Positions 1-9,880 of a stretch of DNA of 38,677 nt are shown piece after piece. How positions within the stretch are numbered: the first letter of the stretch is position 1; each line of letters starts with the position of its first letter. Both the position numbers and the translations under genes were made by a program. The stretch lies in the NCBI GenBank assembly GCA_012523055.1, contig JAAYJG010000168.1:1-38677 (forward strand). Direction: 5' to 3'. A model generated the notes under the pieces. The model saw nothing but the letters and a program-made list of their open reading frames with translations. It was not told the origin of the DNA and ran no database searches. Source of the stretch: Ruminiclostridium sp. (GTDB lineage Bacteria; Bacillota; Clostridia; DSM-8532).

Positions 1-164
1 AAATGAAGGATGCCATTGTGCGCGCCATAACCGTCTATCAGGATAAGGGTAAATGGGGCAATCTGGTGAAACAATGCATGGGGCAGGACTTCAGCTGGGT
101 TCACTCCGCCATGGATTATAAGAAACTGTATGGGCACATTTGCGGAATTACGGTAACCAAGTAA
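1..164 (+). CDS. glgA: glycogen/starch synthase, C-terminal fragment (5' end outside window)
   Basis: Frame 3 is open from the window edge to TAA at 162-164. The tail VYQDKGKWGNLVKQCMGQDFSWVHSAMDYKKLY matches the conserved C-terminal DFSW..SA..Y..LY block of GlgA-type glycosyltransferases. Confidence 0.55.
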   Translation, partial: MKDAIVRAITVYQDKGKWGNLVKQCMGQDFSWVHSAMDYKKLYGHICGITVTK

Positions 165-213
165 ACCTCGCCTGCATACTATATAACAGTTAAACCAATG
201 CGAGGTGATTGGA

Positions 214-351
214 ATGGGTGACTACGACAGAGGCTTTCTGGGCTTGGGCGGTTGGGAATGGATTATTATTATAGTTCTGTTGATTATTATATTCTGTCCT
301 GATATATTCAGCCCGAAAGGAAGATATATCGATAACAAATGCTGTGACTGA
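214..351 (+). CDS. small hypothetical membrane peptide (45 aa)
   Basis: ATG at 214 lies 5 nt after GAGGTGA. The product MGDYDRGFLGLGGWEWIIIIVLLIIIFCPDIFSPKGRYIDNKCCD has one hydrophobic helix. A terminator hairpin follows directly. The ORF is below the ORF-track size cutoff. Confidence 0.4.
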   Translation: MGDYDRGFLGLGGWEWIIIIVLLIIIFCPDIFSPKGRYIDNKCCD

Positions 352-363
352 CCAATGGAAGAT

Positions 364-394
364 TGCCCCGCCTAAAAGCGGGGCAGTGCATTTT
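364..394 (+). terminator. rho-independent terminator
   Basis: Perfect 8-bp stem TGCCCCGC / GCGGGGCA (364-371 / 378-385) with a 6-nt loop, followed by a TTTT run at 391-394. Confidence 0.6.
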
Positions 395-468
395 CGATTT
401 GATCAATCATTTCATTCACTTATGATTGCTCCGCATGGAGCAGTGTCATTTCCAGAAGTTTATTTCCG

Positions 469-837
469 CTATTTTTTCGGAATAATTTCAATCCAATAGC
501 CGTCGGGATCATTGATGAAGTAAATCCCCATGGCTTTGTTTTCATAACAGATAACCCCGTTTTTTTCATGAAGCTCATGAGCCTTTTGCATGTCCTCAGT
601 CTCCATGGCCAAGTGAAATTCATTGTCACCAAGGTTGTACGGTTGCTCCCAGTCGCGCATCCAGGTCAGCTCCAGCCGGTGCGCGGTTTGTCCGTCTCCA
701 AGAAAAACAATGATGAATTCTCCGTGTGGCGGAGCAATTCTACGCGTTTCCGAAAGCCCCAGGTTTTCCTGATAAAACAGAAGGCTCTTTTCAAGGTCCA
801 ATACGTTTATGTTATTGTGGCTGAATGTAAAATGCAT
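469..837 (-). CDS. VOC family protein / lactoylglutathione lyase-like (glyoxalase I)
   Basis: 122-aa ORF. AAAGGAGG lies 7 nt upstream of the ATG on the minus strand. The sequence pattern HNNINVLDLEKSLLFYQENLGL...HLELTW...FHLAMETEDM...NGV...YFINDPDGYWIEIIP is typical of the glyoxalase/bleomycin-resistance fold. Confidence 0.85.
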   Translation of the reverse strand: MHFTFSHNNINVLDLEKSLLFYQENLGLSETRRIAPPHGEFIIVFLGDGQTAHRLELTWMRDWEQPYNLGDNEFHLAMETEDMQKAHELHEKNGVICYENKAMGIYFINDPDGYWIEIIPKK

Positions 838-1007
838 TATGATTCCTCCTTTGAGAATACCATTTCGACAATATGTTTACATGTTAAATATAACCCGGGC
901 GATTGTGTAAATCAACCTTCTCATTTGTTTCCCAACAGTTCCTGCCCGCAGATTCAGGTCAAAGGGCATGCGGGTGTAGCCTGCTGAGTGAAGTGAAGGA
1001 TCTAACA

Positions 1008-1036
1008 TTGAAATTCAGCGATACCGATGGTATAAT
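1008..1036 (+). promoter_or_regulatory. sigma-A-type promoter with extended -10
   Basis: TTGAAA (1008-1013), a 17-nt spacer ending in TGg, then TATAAT (1031-1036). It lies 45 nt upstream of the CPBP gene start. Confidence 0.6.
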
Positions 1037-1081
1037 CTAGACATTGTCAATTTTGATAGTAAAAGAAGTGGGGGAAACACC

Positions 1082-2083
1082 ATGTTGAGTGTTTTTCAAA
1101 AAAAACCGCAGATCCTTGTTGAAGCTCAGAAAGCAAAGTTTAAGCCTTCTTTTGGCATTCAGATCCTGATTTTTATCGCGTTATTGATTGTAACCTCCAT
1201 TGCCCAGTCTATTCCACTGGCTATTGTCATATTTTTTCAAACATTTACGGCAGTGATGAATCAGGGAATCAACCCATATGATCCCCAATCGGTGATGGAG
1301 TTCACCAGGGGTATGCAAGGCAACAGCACTCTGATTACCTTGTTTGTCACTGTTTTAACCACCATTATCGTTATTCTGTACTGCCGGTTCATCGAAAAAA
1401 GAAGCCTGTACTCCATGGGCTTTACCAGAAAGAATGCTGTTCGACAGTATTTGATCGGCCTGCTGGTGGGCTTTGTGATGTTTGGCGCTTGCGTGCTCAT
1501 CGCGTGGGCCAGCGGAAGCCTCCAATATAACGGTTTTACCCTGAGCAATGGCTTTGGGCTGCTGGTGTGCTACCTCATTGGCTTCGTGCTGCAGGGAATG
1601 AGCGAGGAAGTTTTCCTCAGAGGCTATTTCATGATGTCGGTTGCCAGTAAAAACTCCATTCTGCTGGCAGTGATCTCGAATTCAGTGATCTTTGCTGTTT
1701 TACATTTGCTAAACCCCGGCGTAACGCTTCTGCCCATCATAAACCTAATCCTTTTCGGTTTGTTTGCCTCGGTATACACCCTGAAAACCAACAATATCTG
1801 GGGTATCTGCGCCATACATACCATTTGGAATTTCGCCCAGGGAAATTTGTTCGGTATCCTTGTCAGTGGGATAGACACAGAAGTCTCTGTTCTGTCGTTT
1901 CTGCCGGCAGCAGGCAGCACCCTGATCAACGGTGGGGCCTTTGGGATGGAAGGCGGCCTTGCTGTAACGATTGTCTTAATTATATCTACTCTTGTTGTGC
2001 TAAAACTTCCCGGAAAGGGAATTGCGGCACCGGCCGTGGTCAATGAAGATACACAGTCGCCGCCGCTGTCATCGGCCATGTGA
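1082..2083 (+). CDS. CPBP family intramembrane glutamic endopeptidase (CAAX protease-like)
   Basis: Polytopic membrane ORF with the CPBP signature motifs EEVFLRGY, FAVLHL and IHTIWN. GGGGGAAAC lies upstream of the ATG. Confidence 0.85.
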   Translation: MLSVFQKKPQILVEAQKAKFKPSFGIQILIFIALLIVTSIAQSIPLAIVIFFQTFTAVMNQGINPYDPQSVMEFTRGMQGNSTLITLFVTVLTTIIVILYCRFIEKRSLYSMGFTRKNAVRQYLIGLLVGFVMFGACVLIAWASGSLQYNGFTLSNGFGLLVCYLIGFVLQGMSEEVFLRGYFMMSVASKNSILLAVISNSVIFAVLHLLNPGVTLLPIINLILFGLFASVYTLKTNNIWGICAIHTIWNFAQGNLFGILVSGIDTEVSVLSFLPAAGSTLINGGAFGMEGGLAVTIVLIISTLVVLKLPGKGIAAPAVVNEDTQSPPLSSAM

Positions 2084-2234
2084 TACCCTATTGGAATGTT
2101 TTTTACCTTAAAAACTCATGCTAATCAACAAGCATTATCTTCGCCATGTTATGGCGAATACATCCTAAAAGTCACTACGCCAGATATACGCAAGCGCCGA
2201 TACATGAAATTGTTTCGCTGAAAGGAAAGAATTT

Positions 2235-3128
2235 ATGCCTGAATTGAAAGAAATACTCACTGAAAGCTACAGAAAAGCCGTAACCGATTACTTTGACAAA
2301 AACAAAATGGCTCCGGACAAGGATATAAGCAAGTTATCCCATGCCCAGCAGGAAGAGGCTATCTATCAGATGATCGTCCGCTACACCTCTGAAAAGATCG
2401 GGATGATCGAGAAATGGAGCAGTACACCTCTGGACGAGCTGCAGGGTTCAACCCCGGCGATGGTTATCGAAGACTTGCGTGAGCTCAATGAGGTTTTTGA
2501 TGTATTCACCCATATGGCCAGCTTTGCCGACGAAGAGCTTCCCATTCTTCTGGTTTATAAACTTCAGCAATTTGGTTCAGAGGCTGTTACCAGGATGTAT
2601 CAGCTGGCTTTGGATAACAAAGAAGGGCAGCCCCCATCCGATTATTTGTTTTCAGCGGCTGTTTCAGCACTGGGGGTTATGCAGCTGGAGGAATGTGTTG
2701 TCCGGCTAATTGAGCTGGCGGATCAAACCACCAAAGAACCCCAGCTTGAGCAGATCGAAGATGCACTGAAGCGACACAGGGAACGTGCTGTAGAGCCGCT
2801 GCTAAAGCGGCTGCAGGATGCGAAGTGGAGTAAAACCGATCAGATGCTGCTATATGCATTGGCTTATGGCGCAGCCGAAGCGAAGGACGACAGGGTTTAC
2901 CAGATGCTTCGCGGCGTATTCAGGGCATTGGAGGATAAAACAACACCAATCCTGTGCTTTGGGGTATATGGCGATGGCAGAGCGGTGCCCATGCTCCGCA
3001 GCTTTTTAGAGAAGAACGCCCATAACATTCCAGACAGGCTTTTCCATGAAATAATCGGAACGATTCGAAGTCTCGGCGGTGAAACCGAGGCATTGGAACA
3101 GCACCACCATCATCACCATCACGAATAA
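2235..3128 (+). CDS. hypothetical helical protein with native C-terminal His7 tract
   Basis: 297-aa ORF with an AAAGGAAAG RBS. No family was recognised. It ends ...ALEQHHHHHHHE, encoded by mixed CAC/CAT codons. Confidence 0.65.
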   Translation: MPELKEILTESYRKAVTDYFDKNKMAPDKDISKLSHAQQEEAIYQMIVRYTSEKIGMIEKWSSTPLDELQGSTPAMVIEDLRELNEVFDVFTHMASFADEELPILLVYKLQQFGSEAVTRMYQLALDNKEGQPPSDYLFSAAVSALGVMQLEECVVRLIELADQTTKEPQLEQIEDALKRHRERAVEPLLKRLQDAKWSKTDQMLLYALAYGAAEAKDDRVYQMLRGVFRALEDKTTPILCFGVYGDGRAVPMLRSFLEKNAHNIPDRLFHEIIGTIRSLGGETEALEQHHHHHHHE

Positions 3129-3213
3129 GGTTTTAGCCCGGGAACAAGCACCTTCGTCAACACCACAGAAATGATTGTTGGCGGAGGTTCTGGTCATTTT
3201 TGGAGGTTTACCG

Positions 3214-5472
3214 ATGCTGGAGCAGGATAGAATCCATGAAGAAAACAGGCTTCAAAGAACACTGGAAGAAATAGAAGGGCAATTAAAGGAAAAGCAGTCC
3301 GACAAGGAGTTCTTCACCAAAAACATGCGAACCACCATGAAAAACATGTGGGAAGAGGTGGAAGCCACTCCGAATAATGTGTGGGATCCGGAACAATATA
3401 TTCAGGCAAAGTTCTATCTTGATGAGATGCGCAATATCAAAAGCGCGTATCAGAGTACAGCCGGTAAGCTGGTAAGGCTGGAAAAAATGAAGGTGAATCC
3501 GTATTTTGCCCGGATTGACTTTCTGGAAGACGGTGAAAACACAACAGATCAGATCTACATTGGTATCACCATGGTGCAGAATGAGCAGAGCCTTGAAATT
3601 CTGGTGTATGACTGGCGAGCACCCATATCCGGCATGTTTTATGATTATGACGTTGGCCCTGCGAAATTTGATTCACCCGCCGGAACCATCCAGGGCGAGT
3701 TGACCTTGAAAAGACAGTTCAGGATTAAGAATGGCCGCATTGAGGTCATGTTTGATTCCGATGTGAAAATCGATGATGAGATTTTGCAGGAACTGCTGGG
3801 GCAAAGCAAGGACGAGAGAATGAAGAACATTGTGACCAGCATTCAGCGCGAGCAAAACCTTGCCATCCGGGATGAAGGCCATAAACTGCTGATCGTCGAG
3901 GGGCCTGCCGGAAGCGGTAAGACATCCATTGCGCTGCATCGCATTGCGTTTTTGCTGTATCGTTACCGCAACAGTATCACCAATGCCAACGTGGTTATCT
4001 TCTCTCCGAATGAAATGTTCAATGATTATATTTCCGAGGTTTTACCCGAGCTTGGCGAAGAGAATGTTCGACAAACCACTTTTATGGAATATGCCAGAAG
4101 CTTTTTGAAAACAGACATGAAAATGTACGACATGAACCAGCAGATGGAATTTATCCTCACCACCCGCAGTAAGGAAACTTATGCCGATCGCATCCGGGCC
4201 ATTCGCTGCAAGTCCTCCGTTGAATTTCTGATCGCATTGAAACAATATATCGAAAACCTGATTCAAAACCCCTGGGTGTTTGAAGATTTTGTACAGGATC
4301 AGGAGCTGATCATCTCCGGCGAAGAGCAGCGGACGCTGTTCCACAGTGAGTACACCTATCTGCCACTGGTTCCACGCTTAAAAAAGGTAAGAAACAGGGT
4401 TCTTTACCTGATCAAACAAAGAGAAATTGAAAAAATACAACAGCTTGACCAAAAGATGAGCAAAGACCCGCAATGGATGGACACAAAGCCGAAGGACAGG
4501 AGAAGCATTGCGGTCAGGATTGTGCTGAAACAGTTCGAACCCCACCGGAAAAGGGCACGATGCATGGCAACGGCAACCATCAAGGATTATTATGTTCGTT
4601 TGTACCAGGAAGACCACCTTTCAGGCGGAATTGCCGATGATTCTCTTGTCAGCACTGCCGCCCTGACCCTGAAAAGGATGGGGCAGAATGTCATCCTGTA
4701 TGAGGATCTGGCACCGATGCTCTATTTAAAAGGAAAGCTGTATGGTATTCCGCGGAAGGAATCCATCCGTCAGGTCATCATCGATGAGGTTCAGGACTAT
4801 ACTTCTTTGCAGATGGAAATCATCAAGGAGCTTTTTCCATCCAGCCAGTTTACGGTTGTCGGTGATCTGAACCAAAGCATCAACCCCTATGCCAATATCG
4901 GGCAGATAAACGTACTGAGGGATATTTTTAAGGGGGAGAAGCCCGCACATATCCGTCTGGGGAAAAGCTACCGCTCAACCCTTGAAATCACGAGGTTCTG
5001 CAGAGCCATTCTGGGACTGAGTGAGGAATTTGAATTTGTGAACCGAAGTGGAGTCAAGCCCAGTGTGCGCATAATGACCAATATTATGGAGTGTGCCTCC
5101 TCTGTGGTTGAAAGCCTGCATGAAATGCTCGATATTGGGTACAAATCAGCGGCCGTGATTTGCAGAACCTGTGCTGAGGCGGAAGACTTTTACGGGTACC
5201 TGAAGCAACAGATTCCATGCCATCTTGTTGCCAAAGCGGACACCGCGTTCCCGAAGGGCGTATCGATCCTTCCTTCATACCTGGCCAAGGGCCTTGAATT
5301 CGATGCGGCTTATATTTTAAATCTGGATCAACCCTACACAGGCGCGGAAGAAAAAAACCTTTTTTATACCGTCTGTACCCGCGCGCTGCACCGGCTTTTT
5401 ATCTACTGTACCGCAGAGCTTCCGGAATATTTCAGCGAAATACCCGAAATACTATATGAAATTGACCGATAA
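3214..5472 (+). CDS. helD: HelD-like UvrD/Rep superfamily 1 helicase (helicase IV family)
   Basis: The start is moved to ATG 3214, with GGAGG 8 nt upstream. The motifs are YDWRAPISGMFYD (HelD N-terminal hallmark), Walker A GPAGSGKTSIALHR, IIDEVQDYT, and YRST and TRALH near the C-terminus. Confidence 0.85.
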   Translation: MLEQDRIHEENRLQRTLEEIEGQLKEKQSDKEFFTKNMRTTMKNMWEEVEATPNNVWDPEQYIQAKFYLDEMRNIKSAYQSTAGKLVRLEKMKVNPYFARIDFLEDGENTTDQIYIGITMVQNEQSLEILVYDWRAPISGMFYDYDVGPAKFDSPAGTIQGELTLKRQFRIKNGRIEVMFDSDVKIDDEILQELLGQSKDERMKNIVTSIQREQNLAIRDEGHKLLIVEGPAGSGKTSIALHRIAFLLYRYRNSITNANVVIFSPNEMFNDYISEVLPELGEENVRQTTFMEYARSFLKTDMKMYDMNQQMEFILTTRSKETYADRIRAIRCKSSVEFLIALKQYIENLIQNPWVFEDFVQDQELIISGEEQRTLFHSEYTYLPLVPRLKKVRNRVLYLIKQREIEKIQQLDQKMSKDPQWMDTKPKDRRSIAVRIVLKQFEPHRKRARCMATATIKDYYVRLYQEDHLSGGIADDSLVSTAALTLKRMGQNVILYEDLAPMLYLKGKLYGIPRKESIRQVIIDEVQDYTSLQMEIIKELFPSSQFTVVGDLNQSINPYANIGQINVLRDIFKGEKPAHIRLGKSYRSTLEITRFCRAILGLSEEFEFVNRSGVKPSVRIMTNIMECASSVVESLHEMLDIGYKSAAVICRTCAEAEDFYGYLKQQIPCHLVAKADTAFPKGVSILPSYLAKGLEFDAAYILNLDQPYTGAEEKNLFYTVCTRALHRLFIYCTAELPEYFSEIPEILYEIDR

Positions 5473-5486
5473 GAGGGGGCAATACA

Positions 5487-6353
5487 ATGCTGGTTGCGGA
5501 CAATTGGAAGGATTATGCCATATTGGATACCGGTGAAGGTGAAAAGGTGGAGCAATGGGGTGCTTATGTGCTGCGCAGGCCAGATCCCCAGGTTATCTGG
5601 CCCTGGCAAAAATCTGAAGCGGTACGTGATAATGTACATGCCCGATATCACCGCAGCACCCGGGGAGGCGGCGAGTGGGAAGAGATGAAAAAGCTTCCCG
5701 CATCCTGGGTGATCGGTTATAAAAGCCTGCAATTCAAGGTAGAGCCCACAAGCTTCAAGCATACCGGAATCTTTCCGGAACAGGCTGTGAACTGGGACTG
5801 GATGATGGAAAAAATCGGCCGGGCCGGCCGGGAGGTACGGGTGCTGAACCTCTTTGGCTACACGGGGGGAGCAACGATTGCCTGTGCTTCCGCTGGTGCG
5901 CAGGTGTGTCATGTGGATGCTTCAAAGGGCATTGTGTCATGGTGCCGTGAGAACGCTGCCCTTTCCGGCCTTGCGGAAAAACCCATCCGATATATTGTGG
6001 ATGACTGCATGAAGTTTATCGAGCGAGAAGCCCGCAGAGGGAAAACCTATGAGGGAATCATCATGGATCCGCCGTCTTATGGCAGGGGCCCGAACGGAGA
6101 GCTTTGGAAAATAGAGGACGAGTTGTTCCGACTGCTGCAAAACTGCACGCCTCTTCTGTCAGACAACCCGCTTTTTGTTCTGGTAAACTCCTATACCACA
6201 GGGTTTTCCCCATATGTGCCGGCAAACATGATGGAGATGACCATTCAAAAGAAGGTCAGGGGCAGAATTACTGCCGGGGAGGTTGGCCTTCCGGTGAAGG
6301 ATACCGCTATCGTATTGCCCTGCGGGATTTATGCCCGCTGGGAGAGTTCATGA
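5487..6353 (+). CDS. class I SAM-dependent methyltransferase (RlmI/RlmK-like rRNA MTase fold)
   Basis: 288-aa ORF with SAM-binding LNLFGYTGGATIACASAGA..VDAS and the catalytic-region motif IIMDPPSYG. Confidence 0.75.
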   Translation: MLVADNWKDYAILDTGEGEKVEQWGAYVLRRPDPQVIWPWQKSEAVRDNVHARYHRSTRGGGEWEEMKKLPASWVIGYKSLQFKVEPTSFKHTGIFPEQAVNWDWMMEKIGRAGREVRVLNLFGYTGGATIACASAGAQVCHVDASKGIVSWCRENAALSGLAEKPIRYIVDDCMKFIEREARRGKTYEGIIMDPPSYGRGPNGELWKIEDELFRLLQNCTPLLSDNPLFVLVNSYTTGFSPYVPANMMEMTIQKKVRGRITAGEVGLPVKDTAIVLPCGIYARWESS

Positions 6354-6634
6354 GCAAGACTGCTGGCGGGTTTGTCCCCGCTGGGAAAGTGCATGAAGCA
6401 AAGCACTAACGGGCTACCCCCGGCAAAGCGTGCCTACTGGTACACCAGCTCAGAATCGGCTTGCGCAGACAACAGTTCACACAATAAAGCCATATTTCAG
6501 GGAAAAATCCCCTTGATACCTAGCATTGAAAGGGTTATGATAGTAACATATAAAAATTGGGAAGCGTACATAGGGCATAAATACCGGTTAGAAACCGTAG
6601 GACGATTAACCCATGAAGTTTTGAAACAAGCTTT

Positions 6635-6818
6635 AAAGAGATAATGATGATCTCTTTCAACCTTATTAAAATAACGAGGCCCAGATGTCCCCCACCTCTT
6701 AACGTATTTTCAGCCAAGGGCTGAAAAACGTGTGATGGCGGGTACCGATTACCTTAATCAGGCGGCGAGCATATCTCCCGCCTCGATATAACGGTGTCTT
6801 GCGATTGCAAGCAATCGC
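6635..6818 (+). promoter_or_regulatory. structured leader: four consecutive hairpins upstream of rsfS-leuS
   Basis: Four hairpins: 6635-6642/6650-6657 (8 bp), 6707-6715/6719-6727 (9 bp), 6761-6769/6775-6782 (bulged GC stem) and 6801-6818 (GCGATTGC AA GCAATCGC). They sit in a 507-nt gap with no convincing ORF. Confidence 0.3.
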
Positions 6819-6860
6819 TTCCGTTGTTATAAAATCATATTGAGGAGGTAGATATTCTTA

Positions 6861-7205
6861 ATGGAAATGGAAGAAATGTATCACTGTATTGTCAACGCAT
6901 TGGAAGACAAAAAAGCCAAGGATCTGAAAACCATCGACATCCACGAGCTCACCACCATCGCCGATTATTTTGTCATCTGCAGCGGCACATCCACCACCCA
7001 TATCAAATCGCTTGCCGACGAGGTTGAGTTCAAACTAAAAGAGAGAGATATAACGCCCTTGCGCCGTGAGGGCTATAACAGTGCCAGATGGATTCTGATG
7101 GATTACGGCGATATTATTGTTCATGTTTTCCACGAGGAGGATCGCTCGTTCTACAACCTGGAACGGTTATGGCAGGACGGCAGAGCCATCCCCCCAAGGG
7201 AATAA
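6861..7205 (+). CDS. rsfS: ribosome silencing factor RsfS (iojap family)
   Basis: 114-aa ORF with a GAGGAGG RBS. The sequence IADYFVICSGTSTTHIKSLADEV...ARWILMDYGDIIVHVFHEEDRSFYNLERLW is the canonical RsfS pattern. Confidence 0.9.
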   Translation: MEMEEMYHCIVNALEDKKAKDLKTIDIHELTTIADYFVICSGTSTTHIKSLADEVEFKLKERDITPLRREGYNSARWILMDYGDIIVHVFHEEDRSFYNLERLWQDGRAIPPRE

Positions 7206-7295
7206 TCATATAGAAGCTGTTCGGGCGGCCCAGCCTGAATGATGTGAATGAGTGAACCCGTCATCACAGCGGGTTTTAATGTAGGAGGAGTTTAT

Positions 7296-9740
7296 ATGGC
7301 GTATTCAACAAAGGTGGACAAAAAGTGGCAAAAAATATGGGAGGATACTAAGCTTTATCAATTCGATAAAGACAAGCTGGAAAACAAGCTTTATTGTATG
7401 GAAATGTTTTCCTATCCGTCCGCTGCAAACCTGCATCTGGGGCACTGGTACAATTTCGGCCTCACCGATTCATGGGCCAGAATGAAGCGCCTGCAGGGCT
7501 TTAATGTGTTCCATCCCATGGGGTTTGACGCTTTCGGCCTGCCGGCTGAAAACTACGCGATCAAGACGGGTATCCATCCGAAAGATTCCACCTATGCCAA
7601 CATTTATACCATGGAGCGTCAGCTCAAGGAAATGGGTGCCACTTATGACTGGGATTATGAGGTCATCACCTGTGCACCCGAATATTACAAATGGACTCAA
7701 TGGATTTTCCTGAAGCTTTTTGAGCGTGGTCTGGCCTATCGCAAAAAGGCTCCTGTAAACTGGTGCCCCAGTTGTAAAACCGTTCTGGCCAACGAGCAGG
7801 TGGTGGATGGCGAATGTGAAAGATGCCACCAGGAGGTCACCAAACGAGATTTAACCCAGTGGTTTTACAAGATCACCGCATATGCCCAGGAGCTTCTGGA
7901 CTACATTCCGAAGTTGGACTGGCCTGAAAAGACCAAAAAAATTCAAATAAACTGGATTGGACGTTCCGAGGGCGCAGAAATCGAATTCGGTGTTGCCGAC
8001 AGTGATAAGGCCTTCAAGGTGTTCACCACCCGGGCCGATACCCTGTATGGTGCAACGTATGTGGTGCTGGCTCCTGAAAGCGACCTGACTGATCAGGTTA
8101 CTACAGATGAATGCAGAAATCAGGTTGAAGCATATAAAGAGTTTGCTAAAAAGCAGACGGATGTAGAAAGAATGTCCACCGTCAAAGAGAAAACCGGCGT
8201 GTTTACCGGTGCTTTCGCAATCAACCCGGTGAATGGCGAAAAAATCCCCATCTGGATTTCAGACTATGTGTTGGCCAATTACGGCACAGGCTGTGTCATG
8301 GCCGTACCGGCTCATGATGAAAGGGATTTCGAATTTGCCACCAAGTTCGATCTGCCCATCAAACGGGTGATCAAGGGAAGAGAAGGCGCCGATGACGCGC
8401 TTCCTTTCGTGGAGTATGGTATCCTCACCGACAGCCAGGAATTTTCCGGGGTGCTCTCTGAAGACGCCAGGGTGGCCATTGTCAAAAAGCTTCAAAAGCA
8501 AGGAAAAGGCGAGTTGAAAGTTAATTTCCGGCTCAGGGACTGGCTTGTTTCAAGGCAGCGCTTCTGGGGCACGCCCATTCCCATTGTGCATTGCGACTAC
8601 TGCGGTGTCGTGCCCGTTCCCGAAGAACAGCTGCCGGTAGAGCTTCCCTACGATGTGGAATTCACACCCGATGGGGAATCACCGCTTGCCAAATGCCAAG
8701 AGTATATCAACACCACCTGCCCGAAGTGTGGAGGGCCTGCAAAGCGTGATCCCGATACACTGGATACATTTCTTTGTTCCTCCTGGTATTATTTAAGATA
8801 TCCGGATAGTAAAAACGACAAGGAGCCATTCAACCGAGAGTGGGTGAACAAAATTCTGCCTGTGGACAAATATGTGGGAGGCGCAGAACATGCCGTACTG
8901 CATCTGCTATATTCCCGCTTCTTTACAAAAGCGCTTCGTGACATGGGCTATCTGGACTTTGACGAACCGTTCACATCTTTGGTGCACCAGGGCACCATTT
9001 TGGGCACTGACGGCACCCGTATGAGTAAATCCAAGGGGAATACCATTTCTCCCGATGAATATATCAATGAATACGGCTCCGATGTTTTCAGGCTTTACCT
9101 TGCGTTTGGTTTTGCCTATACCGAAGGCGGGCCATGGAGCGATGAAGGGATTAAAGCGATCTTCCGTTTTGTCAACAGGGTTGAACGGTTAGTAGAGAAA
9201 TTCGCTGAAGAAAAATCTGCGCTCGCCGGCGAGAAAAATGGCGCCGAAGAAAGGGAACTAGCCTTTGTACTTCATACCGCCATCAAGGGGGTTACCGAAG
9301 ATGCCGAGAAATTCCAGTTCAATACCTCCGTTGCAAGGCTGATGGAGCTGATCAATGCGCTGTATAGATACGATGCATTACCAGAAAGAAATGGAAAGGT
9401 TCTGGAAGATACCCTTCGCAATTTGTTAATTCTGCTCTCACCCTTCGCGCCGCATTTTACGGAAGAAATGTGGGAGAGGATGGGATACGCATACTCCATC
9501 TTCCATCAGAAGTGGCCGGACTGGAACCCCGCCGCGTTGGTCAGAGATACCGTGGAAATTGCCGTCCAGATCAACGGACAGGTAAAATACCGAATCGATG
9601 TTCCGTCCGATGCCGATATGCAAGCAATGGAACAGCAGGTGCTGAAGGATGAAAAGGCTGCGGTCTTCCTGAAAGATAAAGAAATAGTAAAGGTCATTGC
9701 CATACCCGGTCGTCTGGTGAATATAGTCGTAAAGAAATAA
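7296..9740 (+). CDS. leuS: leucine--tRNA ligase
   Basis: The start is set at ATG 7296, with AGGAGG 7 nt upstream. It has a class I HIGH-type motif ([10 protein letters not shown]), a KMSKS motif (RMSKSKGN), the CP1 editing domain and a Zn-ribbon CPSC...CERC. Confidence 0.95.
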   Translation: MAYSTKVDKKWQKIWEDTKLYQFDKDKLENKLYCMEMFSYPSAANLHLGHWYNFGLTDSWARMKRLQGFNVFHPMGFDAFGLPAENYAIKTGIHPKDSTYANIYTMERQLKEMGATYDWDYEVITCAPEYYKWTQWIFLKLFERGLAYRKKAPVNWCPSCKTVLANEQVVDGECERCHQEVTKRDLTQWFYKITAYAQELLDYIPKLDWPEKTKKIQINWIGRSEGAEIEFGVADSDKAFKVFTTRADTLYGATYVVLAPESDLTDQVTTDECRNQVEAYKEFAKKQTDVERMSTVKEKTGVFTGAFAINPVNGEKIPIWISDYVLANYGTGCVMAVPAHDERDFEFATKFDLPIKRVIKGREGADDALPFVEYGILTDSQEFSGVLSEDARVAIVKKLQKQGKGELKVNFRLRDWLVSRQRFWGTPIPIVHCDYCGVVPVPEEQLPVELPYDVEFTPDGESPLAKCQEYINTTCPKCGGPAKRDPDTLDTFLCSSWYYLRYPDSKNDKEPFNREWVNKILPVDKYVGGAEHAVLHLLYSRFFTKALRDMGYLDFDEPFTSLVHQGTILGTDGTRMSKSKGNTISPDEYINEYGSDVFRLYLAFGFAYTEGGPWSDEGIKAIFRFVNRVERLVEKFAEEKSALAGEKNGAEERELAFVLHTAIKGVTEDAEKFQFNTSVARLMELINALYRYDALPERNGKVLEDTLRNLLILLSPFAPHFTEEMWERMGYAYSIFHQKWPDWNPAALVRDTVEIAVQINGQVKYRIDVPSDADMQAMEQQVLKDEKAAVFLKDKEIVKVIAIPGRLVNIVVKK

Positions 9741-9751
9741 CGGCATAGAAG

Positions 9752-9780
9752 GAAGCGGGGTATTCAGCCTCGCTTCTTGT
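9752..9780 (+). terminator. weak terminator hairpin after leuS
   Basis: 9-bp stem GAAGCGGGG / CCTCGCTTC (one G-U pair) with a 7-nt loop. Only a short TT tract follows. Confidence 0.4.
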
Positions 9781-9880
9781 CTGCCATACAGTATTTGCCT
9801 GATAATGAACTTGTCGTTCTTAACCCGGCGATGAATCATTTCAAATTTATCAATTCAGTCTGTAAGGGGGTAACCTGAAA

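Noticed and set aside
3098-3128. Engineered His-tag or cloning-vector contamination
   Set aside because: It has seven His followed by Glu and mixed codon usage. There is no flanking vector-like sequence (no XhoI-LE junction, no T7 terminator). Normal chromosomal genes lie on both sides.
6372-6644. 90-aa plus-strand ORF in the rsfS upstream gap
   Set aside because: It has no RBS and an atypical composition. It overlaps the 101-aa ORF 6104..6409, which itself overlaps the methyltransferase gene. It is more consistent with non-coding leader sequence.
6530-6790. T-box riboswitch for leuS
   Set aside because: A GGTACCG core and a possible UUA-A specifier are visible. However, the conserved UGGN bulge reads GGGU, the stem I distal-loop and AG-bulge consensus motifs are not convincing, and the candidate terminator lacks a U-tract. 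It is kept only as a low-interest structured leader.
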